Under the pieces are notes generated by a model. The model was not told the DNA's origin. It searched no databases and saw only the letters and a program-made list of their open reading frames with translations. The position numbers and the translations under genes are program-made. Positions 29,233 through 38,430 of a stretch of DNA of 64,000 bases are shown piece by piece (the first letter of the stretch is position 1; each line of letters starts with the position of its first letter). This DNA comes from an uncultured Pelagibacteraceae bacterium (GTDB lineage: Bacteria > Pseudomonadota > Alphaproteobacteria > Pelagibacterales > AG-422-B15): the NCBI GenBank assembly GCA_902584215.1, contig CACHYW010000003.1, forward strand, positions 8,498-72,497, read 5' to 3'.

Positions 29233-32200
29233 ATGAGCAATAAACTTATTCAGGCCCTGGAACCCCGTCTCATGCTGGACGGTGCTGCAGTAGCAACGGC
29301 AATTGATGTGGTTGATGATTTAGCTCAGTTTCAAAAACCAGATAATGATAAGTCATCTAAAGCCGATCACTTCAAAGTTGATAAAGACACAAAGTTACCT
29401 TTTGTAAATGTAGATGCATCATCTCAAAGTGCAAAATCAAGACAGATTGTATTTATTGATAGTACGGTTGAAGATATTGAAACCCTAATCAACAGTTTTG
29501 ATAAAAATACTAAAGTGCATGTCATACAAAGTGATCAAGATGGATTTGTTACCATGCAAAATATTTTATCGTCTCAAGAAAATATTGATGCGGTTCACGT
29601 CATTGGTCACGGAAGTTTAGGACAGATTGCATTTGGTACAGCTGTATTAAACAGTGACACATTAAATGCTTATGAAAATATTCTCCAAGAGATTGGAACC
29701 AGTCTCTCAGGAAACGGAGACATTTTATTTTATGGTTGTAACGTTGCAGCAGATCAAAGTGGTGAGATCCTAATCAAACAGATTGCAGACATCACAGATG
29801 CTGATGTAGCGGCTTCAGATGACATTACTGGAAAAGGTGGGGATTGGGACTTAGAGAAACATACAGGCATTATTGAAACTGAGAATGTTTCAGTTGTAGG
29901 CTATCAATATGCCCTAGACAACGGCGTAACAGCAACCCAAAATGCTGTTGAATTACATACTTCAGGTATGAATTTCATGGCAGGTGGCGGAAACTATAAT
30001 AATAACACTGGAGGTCAAACAGACTCAGGCGGAACTAGATACATCGTTACGCTTGAAAGAGGTAATGTGACAACTGGGAGTAATTTGGTTTTTGATTACG
30101 CAGTGGCTTCATCAAGTCACGATCCTGACAATGATGGCGCTGTTAATGTTTATATGGTCTTTCTAAATGACAATGTAAATAGGAGAGCCGAAGATGATAG
30201 AGGTATTATAACGTTTGATAACGAAATTCTTGGTATTTTTACCACCCCAGAAAATACTATAGCAAAATCTGGATATGATATGAGTGATGGTATCTATCCT
30301 CTAACAACTGGTTCAAAAAAAGTGCAGATGAGGGATTTAGAGTATCTGGTAGATGGATCACCTCCTGGTACTATGGGTTCACAAGATGCCTTTACTGTAA
30401 CAGGATCCAATAAAGTTTTAACCATGGCTACAGATAACGGGCTAAAAGGTGACTTCGTGAGAGTGGTCACCAGAGTAGCTGCTACAAATCAGAATCCTAC
30501 CGCACGAGATGATGTTGGATATATTAATGAGGGCGTAATTTTAAATGTTACTGGAGATGTTGATGCTAATGATACTACTCCTGACTCAAGTGGTGAATAC
30601 ACAGGAGATTTGATCAGAACCTCCAGTACATCACATTACGATAACGACCCTGATGGTGATAATTTAACAGTCACTTCCTTTCGAACTGGAAATAGTGAAG
30701 GAAACGGTACCGCTGGCAGTGTTGGTGGAACATATTTACCGGGCCAGTATGGAAAACTTAAATTATATTCGGCAGGAGGATGGCAATACGACGCTAATAA
30801 TGCTGAAGCTCTTGATGCAAATGAAGTTGTCTCTGATTATTTCAACTATACCATCAGCGATGGTAATGGCGGAGAAGATACTGCAATAATTGAGGTGAAA
30901 GTCAGAGGTCAAAATGATGCGCCAGTTGGAGCAGCTGATGCTGGAGCGGTTGACGAAGATAAACAGCTCACAGTCAGCGCAGGAAGTGGTGTTTTAGCAA
31001 ACGATACCGACGCAGACGCAGGCGCAAGCTTAGTAGTGTCAGCAGTCCAAGGACAGTCTAGTAATATTAATTCAAATGTTACCGGTACGTATGGTACATT
31101 AAATTTAGATGCAGATGGTTCTTATACCTATATTGCTGATCAAAGTGCTGCAGACGCACTTGCTAGAGATGATACCGCAACAGATACATTTGCTTACACT
31201 GTTAGTGATGGTACCGCAACGAGCACGGTAAATTTGGTCATCACAGTCACAGGGATAGGACCACTAGGAGTCAATGATACAGCTTCTGTAAATGAAAACG
31301 TCTTGCTCAATGCTAACAACGCATCGTCTACTGGCGTTCTGGCAAATGATGATGACAATGCGGCTTATGACAGCGAGAGTTTAGCTGTTACGAATATCAG
31401 TTCCGACTCCACAGGAAACAGTGGTAGTGCAACCCAAGGTGTGCTTGGTACTTATGGTACGCTTACTATGGCAGCTGATGGTACTTATACATATACGCCA
31501 AACACAGCTGCTGCTGAAGCGTTAGATGAAAATGATCCTGCTACTGATGCCTTCACGTATACAGTCAAAGATGATGATGACAAAAATTCATCTACCGCAA
31601 CACTTACCATTTCAATTACTGGTCAGGATGATAACCCGGTTGCTATCAGTGATACTGGTTATATCAATGAGGATGGAACGTTGACTGTGTCAGATGGTGG
31701 TTCTGCTGTGACAGGAACAGACAGCAACAATAATAATGAAAGTGGTGATACTACAGGCGATGTTTTACTTAATGATACTGACGCAGATGCGAGTGCAACT
31801 CTTGTTGTTTCTGCAATACAAGGTGGATCATTAGGATCAGGCGTGAATGGAACTTACGGTACCCTCACTTTATATTCAACCGGTAGATATACATATGTTG
31901 CAGATAAGAGTGGCGCGGATGGACTTGCAGCAGGTGCAGTTCAAACTGATGTCTTTACATATACTGTAAGTGATGGAGCTGGCGATACGAGTAACGCTAC
32001 TCTTACAATTACAGTAAAAGGTATTGGTCCCCAAGGTGTAGCGGACACAGCGTCTGTTGCTGAAAATGCAACAGTAACCAACAATAATGCTGCCACAAAT
32101 GGAGTTCTCGCAAACGATGATGATAACGCATCATTTGACCAAGAAAGTCTTGAAGTAACTGCAATAACTGGTGCATCAGCAGGAACAGTTGACGGTGACA

Positions 32201-35200
32201 CAACCGGTACTCACGGTACACTTTCAATGAATGCAGATGGTACTTATTCTTATGCAGCGACTAACGATGCTCTTGATCCAGGTGAAACTGTTGATGATGT
32301 TTTCACTTACACGGTAAAGGATGATGATAACAAAAACTCAAGTACTGCGACATTAACAATAACAGTAACTGGAGCAAATGATCCTATTACTGCAGTTGCG
32401 GACACTGATGCTGTTACTGCTGGATCGACAATTAATCGAAGTGAAAGTACTACAGAAGAGCTCGATCACGACGATACTGACCCTGATGGTGATGATGTAT
32501 CAGGTAGCTTTATTATTACCAATATCAGACATGGTTCTGATGATTATAACCCTGGTCAAGAAATTACGACATCAAAAGGTAGATTAACAGTCGATGCAAA
32601 TGGTTCTTACACCTATATAGCGGATCAAAGTGGATCTACAAATTTAGCAAATCTCGCTACAACAACTGATGTCTTTACTTATACAGTTCGTGATCATGCG
32701 AGCAGTCCAAATGATACAGATACTGCGACACTAACAATCATAATTACTGGTTCAAACAACAACCCACCTGTTGCTGATGCTGACGGTAACGCTGGAACGG
32801 GATACATCTTAGAAGATCAAACATTGACAGTTACCAATGGTTCTAATGGGGTTACCGGAACTGACAGTAATAATAATAATGAAAGTGGGGACAATACGGG
32901 GGATGTACTAAATAACGACACCGACGCTGATGGTCACACACTTACTGTTTCAGATATCTCGGGAGGATCAGTTGGCCCTAGTGGCGCAACAGGAACATAC
33001 GGAACATTAACTATTCAAAGTGATGGTAGCTATACCTACAATGCAAACAATGCAAACTCGATAGCAAAAGATACTACTGCAACTGATGTTTTCACTTACA
33101 CAGTCGATGATGACAATGGTGGAACGGATACTGCGACCATAACCTTTACTATTTTAGGAGTGAATGACGCTCCAAGCGCAAGCAATGATACGAATGCCGT
33201 TGATGAAGATGCTACAGCATCAAAAAATGTTGGAACAGGAGTACTCTCAAACGATAGCGACGCTGACACGGGTTCAAGCATGACGGTGACTGCAATTACC
33301 GGCGCATCAGCGGGCTCAGTTGATGGAACAACAGATGGAACCTATGGTACCTTGACCCTGAATGCTGATGGTAGTTATTCTTATACTGCTGACAAAGCAG
33401 CTGCAGATGCACTGGCACATAACGCAACGGCAAATGATGTATTTACTTATACAGTCACAGATAATGAGGGAGCTACTGCTACGGCAACTCTGACTATTAC
33501 AGTAACTGGTAAGGGACCCATTGGTTCAGCTGATACAGCTACAGTGAGTGAGAATGTAGAAGTTAGTAAAAATGCATTAAGCGGGGTTCTCGCTAACGAT
33601 ACCGGTGGAGATCAAGAAAGTCTTGCAGTTACAAATATTTCATCGAATGATACAGGTAACTCAGGTACAGCAGGTCAAGGTGTCTTAGGAACATATGGTA
33701 CTCTAACCATTGCACCTGATGGAAGTTATACTTACACGCCAGACACAGCTGCAGCAGAAGCTTTGGATGCAGGTGATACTGTTACTGAAGTATTTACATA
33801 TACTGTAAAAGATGATGATGACAAAAACTCATCTACTGCAACACTTACATTTACGATAAATGGAGCTAACGATGCAATTGTAGCAGTTGACGATACAGAT
33901 AGTGTTGATGAGGACGGTACAGTAACAAGATTAATCAGTGACGATCAAGAACTGGACCATGATGATACCGATGTTGATACAGATGATGTAAGTGGAAGTC
34001 TTACAATTACAGACATAAGAACTGGTCCAAAAGATGGAACAGGAACTGATGGGACGGTAGGTGTGGCGCTAACTGGTGAATTTGGAACACTCACTGTTAA
34101 TGCAGACGGTTCATATACCTATGCTGCTGACCAAGATAAATCAGATCAACTTACCACAGGTCAAACGGGTACAGATACATTCACCTATACAGTTAGTGAT
34201 GGAATTGACACTTCTACTGCTGAACTTTCATTTACTGTTACAGGTATCAATGATAACAATCCGGTTGCGGTAGACGATACTGACACTGTAAATAGAGATG
34301 CAACTATAGATAGAGCAAATGGCTCTACATTTGATTTAGCTATTGATGATACCGATGCTGATAACGATACATTAACAATTACAGAAATTAGAAAAGGTAA
34401 TAACAAAGGTGGGGGTGATGCTGGAACCGTAGGACAACCACTGGTAGGCGAATACGGTACATTAACGCTACAGGCAGACGGTAGCTATAAGTATGTTGCT
34501 GACCAAGATTCAATCAATAACCTAGGTCGTGGACAAAGTGTAATTGAGCATTTTAATTATACCGTATCCGATGGCTCAAGAACTACAACAGGACTACTTT
34601 CAATTACTGTAAATGGTATTAGTGATCCACCTATTCCAACTGATGATGTTTTGGCGGTAGATGCAGGTGCACAAACAATTATAGAAGCAACTTCAGGGGT
34701 TTTGATAAATGATATAGACCCCGATGGCGACAGTATTTCAGTAGATACTATTAGAACAGGAGAAGAAACTGGAACAGGAACTTCGGGAACCATAGGAAAG
34801 CCATTGTCCGGAACATATGGTGATTTAACAATTTATTCTGACGGAAGCTACGTCTATCAAGCTAACAATGCAAAGACCTTAAATCCAGGCGAAACTGAGA
34901 CAGAATATTTTACATATACGGCAACTGATGGCGAGTCTTCAGTTGAAGCTCAAATCGCTATCACGGTTACAGGTAAAAATGATCCACCTGAAGTCTTATA
35001 CCCTGTCCGAGATCCAAATACGGTTACAGGCGTGCCAATCATTATAAAGCACAAACAGATTTTTGATGATCCAGACACAGGTATTTATGATATCGCAGAA
35101 TATAAGATTATTGATCCTGAAGATGGAACAGAAATAAGCCTGCCAGAAGGATTAAGATTGAAACAAAATAAAATTCATGGATCCATTAGTACACCTGGAA

Positions 35201-36360
35201 CATATTCAATAACAATTAGAGCAATTGATGGAGAAGGCCTTTATGCAGATCATACATTCACAATTACCGTGAAAGCTAAGCCAGGAGAAATGATTGAAAA
35301 AGAAACAAATGAAGATTTACTGCCACCTTCTGAACCAGAAGTCATTAAACCAAAGAAAGACTATTTAGCGGCATTAAAAGAAACAATTACTGATAATATA
35401 GGAATAACTGATGATGGATTTTCACTAGATACAGTTTCAATTGCTGATACCGCATCTCTATCAAAACCATTAAAATTTAATGGTGGATTGAGATTAATGG
35501 ACGCTGTTGCAAATGAAGTTTCTGGGGACACAGAGTCTGATCTAAAAATAGGTGTAAAACTAAATGATGATAATCAAAAAAATGTTGAATTGTATTCTGG
35601 TCAGCTCTCTAACGGTGAGGCATTGCCAGAATGGATCAAAGTCAATCCTGAAACTGGAGAAACAATAGCTGATATGCCAGAAGGTGTTAATGCAGTTGAG
35701 GTCCAATTGGTAGCGCTTGATAAGGATGGAAATACACGAGACATTAACATTGTCTTGGATAAAGCAAAGATAAAGGGTGATAAAGAATTCATTAGAGGTC
35801 TTTCTGATCAGACAAGTGTTATCGTTGATAATGATGCAAACGTTAATTTGATACGAGAAAGTAGTAATTCAAGCAATAAAGCAGCTAATAATAATTTAAA
35901 TGCTCAAACAGACTTTGAAGGAACAATGAAGTTGAGCAGCCTACAAATGGATTCTGGCATGTATACTCTAGACATTATTGACGATAATCAATCGAATGTA
36001 AAAATGTATAAAGCTGAGCTAAAAGGTGGCGGTGTACTTCCAGATTGGATTACGATTGATCCTCAAACAGGAAAAATAGCAGCCGACCCATCTAAAGGTC
36101 GAACAGGATCAGCTGCCCCAACATTCTTTACCGATAGTCTGCAGGTTCTTGAACTAAAGATTATTGCTGAAGATGAAGACGGAAAAGAGAGAGTTATTGA
36201 AGTTGAGATTGATCTTAATGAAATAACGGGTGCTGAGACAGATGATGAAAATTCAGCGTCAGAAGACGAAATTTCTTTTATTCCACTTGATGAGCAATTA
36301 AAGCTACATGCCAAGAGAGCGGATAGCTATGGCGAAAAGATTATATCTCTAGTAAGCTAA
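29233..36360 (+). CDS. Giant secreted adhesin-like protein: LEPRxLL motif, DUF4347, tandem VCBS/Ig-like repeats, C-terminal cadherin-like domains
   Basis: ALEPRLMLDG; DUF4347 motifs IVFID, VIGHGS, DILFYGCNVA, VAASDDITG, DWDLE; repeats of GTYGTLT..DGSYTY / DVFTYTV / TATLTITV. Confidence 0.9.
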   Translation: MSNKLIQALEPRLMLDGAAVATAIDVVDDLAQFQKPDNDKSSKADHFKVDKDTKLPFVNVDASSQSAKSRQIVFIDSTVEDIETLINSFDKNTKVHVIQSDQDGFVTMQNILSSQENIDAVHVIGHGSLGQIAFGTAVLNSDTLNAYENILQEIGTSLSGNGDILFYGCNVAADQSGEILIKQIADITDADVAASDDITGKGGDWDLEKHTGIIETENVSVVGYQYALDNGVTATQNAVELHTSGMNFMAGGGNYNNNTGGQTDSGGTRYIVTLERGNVTTGSNLVFDYAVASSSHDPDNDGAVNVYMVFLNDNVNRRAEDDRGIITFDNEILGIFTTPENTIAKSGYDMSDGIYPLTTGSKKVQMRDLEYLVDGSPPGTMGSQDAFTVTGSNKVLTMATDNGLKGDFVRVVTRVAATNQNPTARDDVGYINEGVILNVTGDVDANDTTPDSSGEYTGDLIRTSSTSHYDNDPDGDNLTVTSFRTGNSEGNGTAGSVGGTYLPGQYGKLKLYSAGGWQYDANNAEALDANEVVSDYFNYTISDGNGGEDTAIIEVKVRGQNDAPVGAADAGAVDEDKQLTVSAGSGVLANDTDADAGASLVVSAVQGQSSNINSNVTGTYGTLNLDADGSYTYIADQSAADALARDDTATDTFAYTVSDGTATSTVNLVITVTGIGPLGVNDTASVNENVLLNANNASSTGVLANDDDNAAYDSESLAVTNISSDSTGNSGSATQGVLGTYGTLTMAADGTYTYTPNTAAAEALDENDPATDAFTYTVKDDDDKNSSTATLTISITGQDDNPVAISDTGYINEDGTLTVSDGGSAVTGTDSNNNNESGDTTGDVLLNDTDADASATLVVSAIQGGSLGSGVNGTYGTLTLYSTGRYTYVADKSGADGLAAGAVQTDVFTYTVSDGAGDTSNATLTITVKGIGPQGVADTASVAENATVTNNNAATNGVLANDDDNASFDQESLEVTAITGASAGTVDGDTTGTHGTLSMNADGTYSYAATNDALDPGETVDDVFTYTVKDDDNKNSSTATLTITVTGANDPITAVADTDAVTAGSTINRSESTTEELDHDDTDPDGDDVSGSFIITNIRHGSDDYNPGQEITTSKGRLTVDANGSYTYIADQSGSTNLANLATTTDVFTYTVRDHASSPNDTDTATLTIIITGSNNNPPVADADGNAGTGYILEDQTLTVTNGSNGVTGTDSNNNNESGDNTGDVLNNDTDADGHTLTVSDISGGSVGPSGATGTYGTLTIQSDGSYTYNANNANSIAKDTTATDVFTYTVDDDNGGTDTATITFTILGVNDAPSASNDTNAVDEDATASKNVGTGVLSNDSDADTGSSMTVTAITGASAGSVDGTTDGTYGTLTLNADGSYSYTADKAAADALAHNATANDVFTYTVTDNEGATATATLTITVTGKGPIGSADTATVSENVEVSKNALSGVLANDTGGDQESLAVTNISSNDTGNSGTAGQGVLGTYGTLTIAPDGSYTYTPDTAAAEALDAGDTVTEVFTYTVKDDDDKNSSTATLTFTINGANDAIVAVDDTDSVDEDGTVTRLISDDQELDHDDTDVDTDDVSGSLTITDIRTGPKDGTGTDGTVGVALTGEFGTLTVNADGSYTYAADQDKSDQLTTGQTGTDTFTYTVSDGIDTSTAELSFTVTGINDNNPVAVDDTDTVNRDATIDRANGSTFDLAIDDTDADNDTLTITEIRKGNNKGGGDAGTVGQPLVGEYGTLTLQADGSYKYVADQDSINNLGRGQSVIEHFNYTVSDGSRTTTGLLSITVNGISDPPIPTDDVLAVDAGAQTIIEATSGVLINDIDPDGDSISVDTIRTGEETGTGTSGTIGKPLSGTYGDLTIYSDGSYVYQANNAKTLNPGETETEYFTYTATDGESSVEAQIAITVTGKNDPPEVLYPVRDPNTVTGVPIIIKHKQIFDDPDTGIYDIAEYKIIDPEDGTEISLPEGLRLKQNKIHGSISTPGTYSITIRAIDGEGLYADHTFTITVKAKPGEMIEKETNEDLLPPSEPEVIKPKKDYLAALKETITDNIGITDDGFSLDTVSIADTASLSKPLKFNGGLRLMDAVANEVSGDTESDLKIGVKLNDDNQKNVELYSGQLSNGEALPEWIKVNPETGETIADMPEGVNAVEVQLVALDKDGNTRDINIVLDKAKIKGDKEFIRGLSDQTSVIVDNDANVNLIRESSNSSNKAANNNLNAQTDFEGTMKLSSLQMDSGMYTLDIIDDNQSNVKMYKAELKGGGVLPDWITIDPQTGKIAADPSKGRTGSAAPTFFTDSLQVLELKIIAEDEDGKERVIEVEIDLNEITGAETDDENSASEDEISFIPLDEQLKLHAKRADSYGEKIISLVS
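30487..34980 (+). repeat. About 12 tandem Ca-binding-type VCBS/Ig-like repeats (~100-140 aa each) within the adhesin
   Basis: Recurrent ND.P.A..D start, VL.ND.D, YGTL, FTYTV.D and LTITV.G end motifs. Confidence 0.85.
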
Positions 36361-36370
36361 TAAAAACCAT

Positions 36371-37090
36371 ATGAACAATATTGTAACATTTGCAGTTATT
36401 GCTTGCTGTATATTTTTTCCATTTAATTTATTAGCTGAAGAATATTCAACACGTGTTTTGGTAACGGCAACTGAAGAGGCAACAATATCAAGTGAACTTG
36501 CCTCAAAAGTTGAGTCTATTCCATTTGCAGAAGGTACGAATTTTAAAAAATCAGATGTTTTAATTAAGTTGGACTGTTCTTTTTTTGAAGCCCAAAAAAA
36601 TGTTGTCCAAGCAGAGTTAGAAGGTGCCATTGTAACCTTGAAGAGCAACCAAGAACTCGCAACTATGAGGTCCATTGGTGCGTATGAAGTTCAATTGTCA
36701 CAAATTGCAGTAGACAGAGCTAAGTCAGAGTTGAAAATTGCCCAGCTTAATACAGATCGTTGCATTATACGTGCTCCATATGATGGAACAATGTCCAAAG
36801 TGTTTGTAAATGAATATGAAAGCATTGAAAGACAACAACCGATGATACAAATCATTGGGTCTGGAATATTGGAAGCAAAACTTATGATCTCAAGTAAATG
36901 GTTGTCATGGTTGTCTGAGGGACATCCATTAACCATTTTAATTGATGAAAATGGTTTAAAATATAGTGCTACAGTGAATACGTTGGGGGCGAATATTGAT
37001 CCAGTAAGTCAAACTATTGATGCTACTGCAAAATTTGATGAAAATTATGAAACATTACTTCCTGGAATGAGTGGGACGGCAACATTTTGA
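36371..37090 (+). CDS. Efflux periplasmic adaptor (membrane fusion protein), short
   Basis: Signal peptide; lipoyl half-motifs (EGTNFKKSDVLIKLD, IRAPYDG); IDPVSQT, LLPGMSG. Confidence 0.88.
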   Translation: MNNIVTFAVIACCIFFPFNLLAEEYSTRVLVTATEEATISSELASKVESIPFAEGTNFKKSDVLIKLDCSFFEAQKNVVQAELEGAIVTLKSNQELATMRSIGAYEVQLSQIAVDRAKSELKIAQLNTDRCIIRAPYDGTMSKVFVNEYESIERQQPMIQIIGSGILEAKLMISSKWLSWLSEGHPLTILIDENGLKYSATVNTLGANIDPVSQTIDATAKFDENYETLLPGMSGTATF

Positions 37091-38430
37091 ATGATAATTC
37101 CTCTATAAAAATTGCGCGACTTATAACACTTGAGAAAAAGTTTCGTAATGCAGAAACTGAAACTGAGCTTGCTTTCATTTGCGCTAATGAACTGCGAAGT
37201 ATAGTTGATTATAATTTTTTATTCCTTCTTCATAGATCAAGCCTAAATCAATTAAAAGTACATACTATTTCTGACCTATCAATCATCGATAGTACAGCGC
37301 CAACGGTTACTTTTGTTGAAACATTAATAAATAAAAAAGATCTGGTCAGCTTTGATGATATTTCAGAACTTAATCTCAACGATCCTTTGATAAAAGACTT
37401 AAATCTTATTACTCCTGATAATTTTCCTAAACATTTAATATGCATTCCTCTACGTTCGCGAATTGAAAAAAATGTTGGGTATCTAGTCATGGTTAGATCT
37501 GAAGTTATCAGCACCTCTGAAAAAGATCTTTTACTTCATATTTCAGAAACTTTTAGTCATGCACTCAACTCGTTCAGGTCAAAAAATACAATCATTTCAA
37601 ATATCAACCGTTTATTTACTGGATGGATTAAATGGGCAGTGATTGCTACTGTAACGGCAGTAATGTTTTTTCCAATTAGTATGACAGCGTTAGCGCCCGT
37701 TGAAGTAGTTGCAAAAGATCCAACCATTGTGACTTCACCTGTAAATGGAGTGGTAAAAGAAGTTTTAGTTAAGACTAATGAAAACGTAAAGCCAGGGACA
37801 GAACTTGTCAAATTGGATGATTTAAATTTTAAAAACCAGTATGAAATTGCGCTACAAGAGCTTGAAGTATCAGAAGCAGAGCTTTTACGCATCAAGCAGT
37901 CATCATTTACAAATTCAGATGACAAAGCTCGTTTAGTTGAGCTCTCAACAGAAGTAGGCTTGAGAAAAAAAGAAGCAGCATATGCTGAAGAACAATTGAA
38001 ATACTCAATCATCTCTGCAGATAGGGAAGGCATAGCTGTTGTTGAAGACTTTACTGATTGGCAGGGGAGGCCAGTTAACATTGGAGAAAAAATATTAACC
38101 ATAGCTAATCCTGAACAAATTGAATTTCAAATCTTCTTACCCACTAAAGACTCACTTTTGATAAAAAAAGAAGCCAGAGTAAAAGTTTTTTTAGATAGTG
38201 ACCCTCTCAATTCTTTAGATGGTAAAGTATTGCGTACTTCATATAAACCTGCACTTACATCTGAGAATATTTTAGCTTATAAGATCGTTGCTAATTATCA
38301 TAACAATCAAGGTGAGGTTCCAAGGATAGGTTTACGCGGTACTGCTAAGATTTATGGCGAAAAGACAAGTATTTTTTATTACATATTCCGTGTTCCTATA
38401 AATCTCACGAGACAGTTTTTAGGATTATAA
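37087..38430 (+). CDS. HlyD-family membrane fusion protein with N-terminal GAF-like cytoplasmic domain
   Basis: ~170-aa soluble N-terminus, one TM, SPVNGVVKEVLVK lipoyl motif, PRIGLRGTAKIYG. Confidence 0.82.
   Translation: MNDNSSIKIARLITLEKKFRNAETETELAFICANELRSIVDYNFLFLLHRSSLNQLKVHTISDLSIIDSTAPTVTFVETLINKKDLVSFDDISELNLNDPLIKDLNLITPDNFPKHLICIPLRSRIEKNVGYLVMVRSEVISTSEKDLLLHISETFSHALNSFRSKNTIISNINRLFTGWIKWAVIATVTAVMFFPISMTALAPVEVVAKDPTIVTSPVNGVVKEVLVKTNENVKPGTELVKLDDLNFKNQYEIALQELEVSEAELLRIKQSSFTNSDDKARLVELSTEVGLRKKEAAYAEEQLKYSIISADREGIAVVEDFTDWQGRPVNIGEKILTIANPEQIEFQIFLPTKDSLLIKKEARVKVFLDSDPLNSLDGKVLRTSYKPALTSENILAYKIVANYHNNQGEVPRIGLRGTAKIYGEKTSIFYYIFRVPINLTRQFLGL

Noticed and set aside
30487..34980. 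CRISPR array or DNA-level repeat element
   Set aside because: Repeats are in-frame protein domains with synonymous divergence; there is no repeat-spacer structure and no cas genes.
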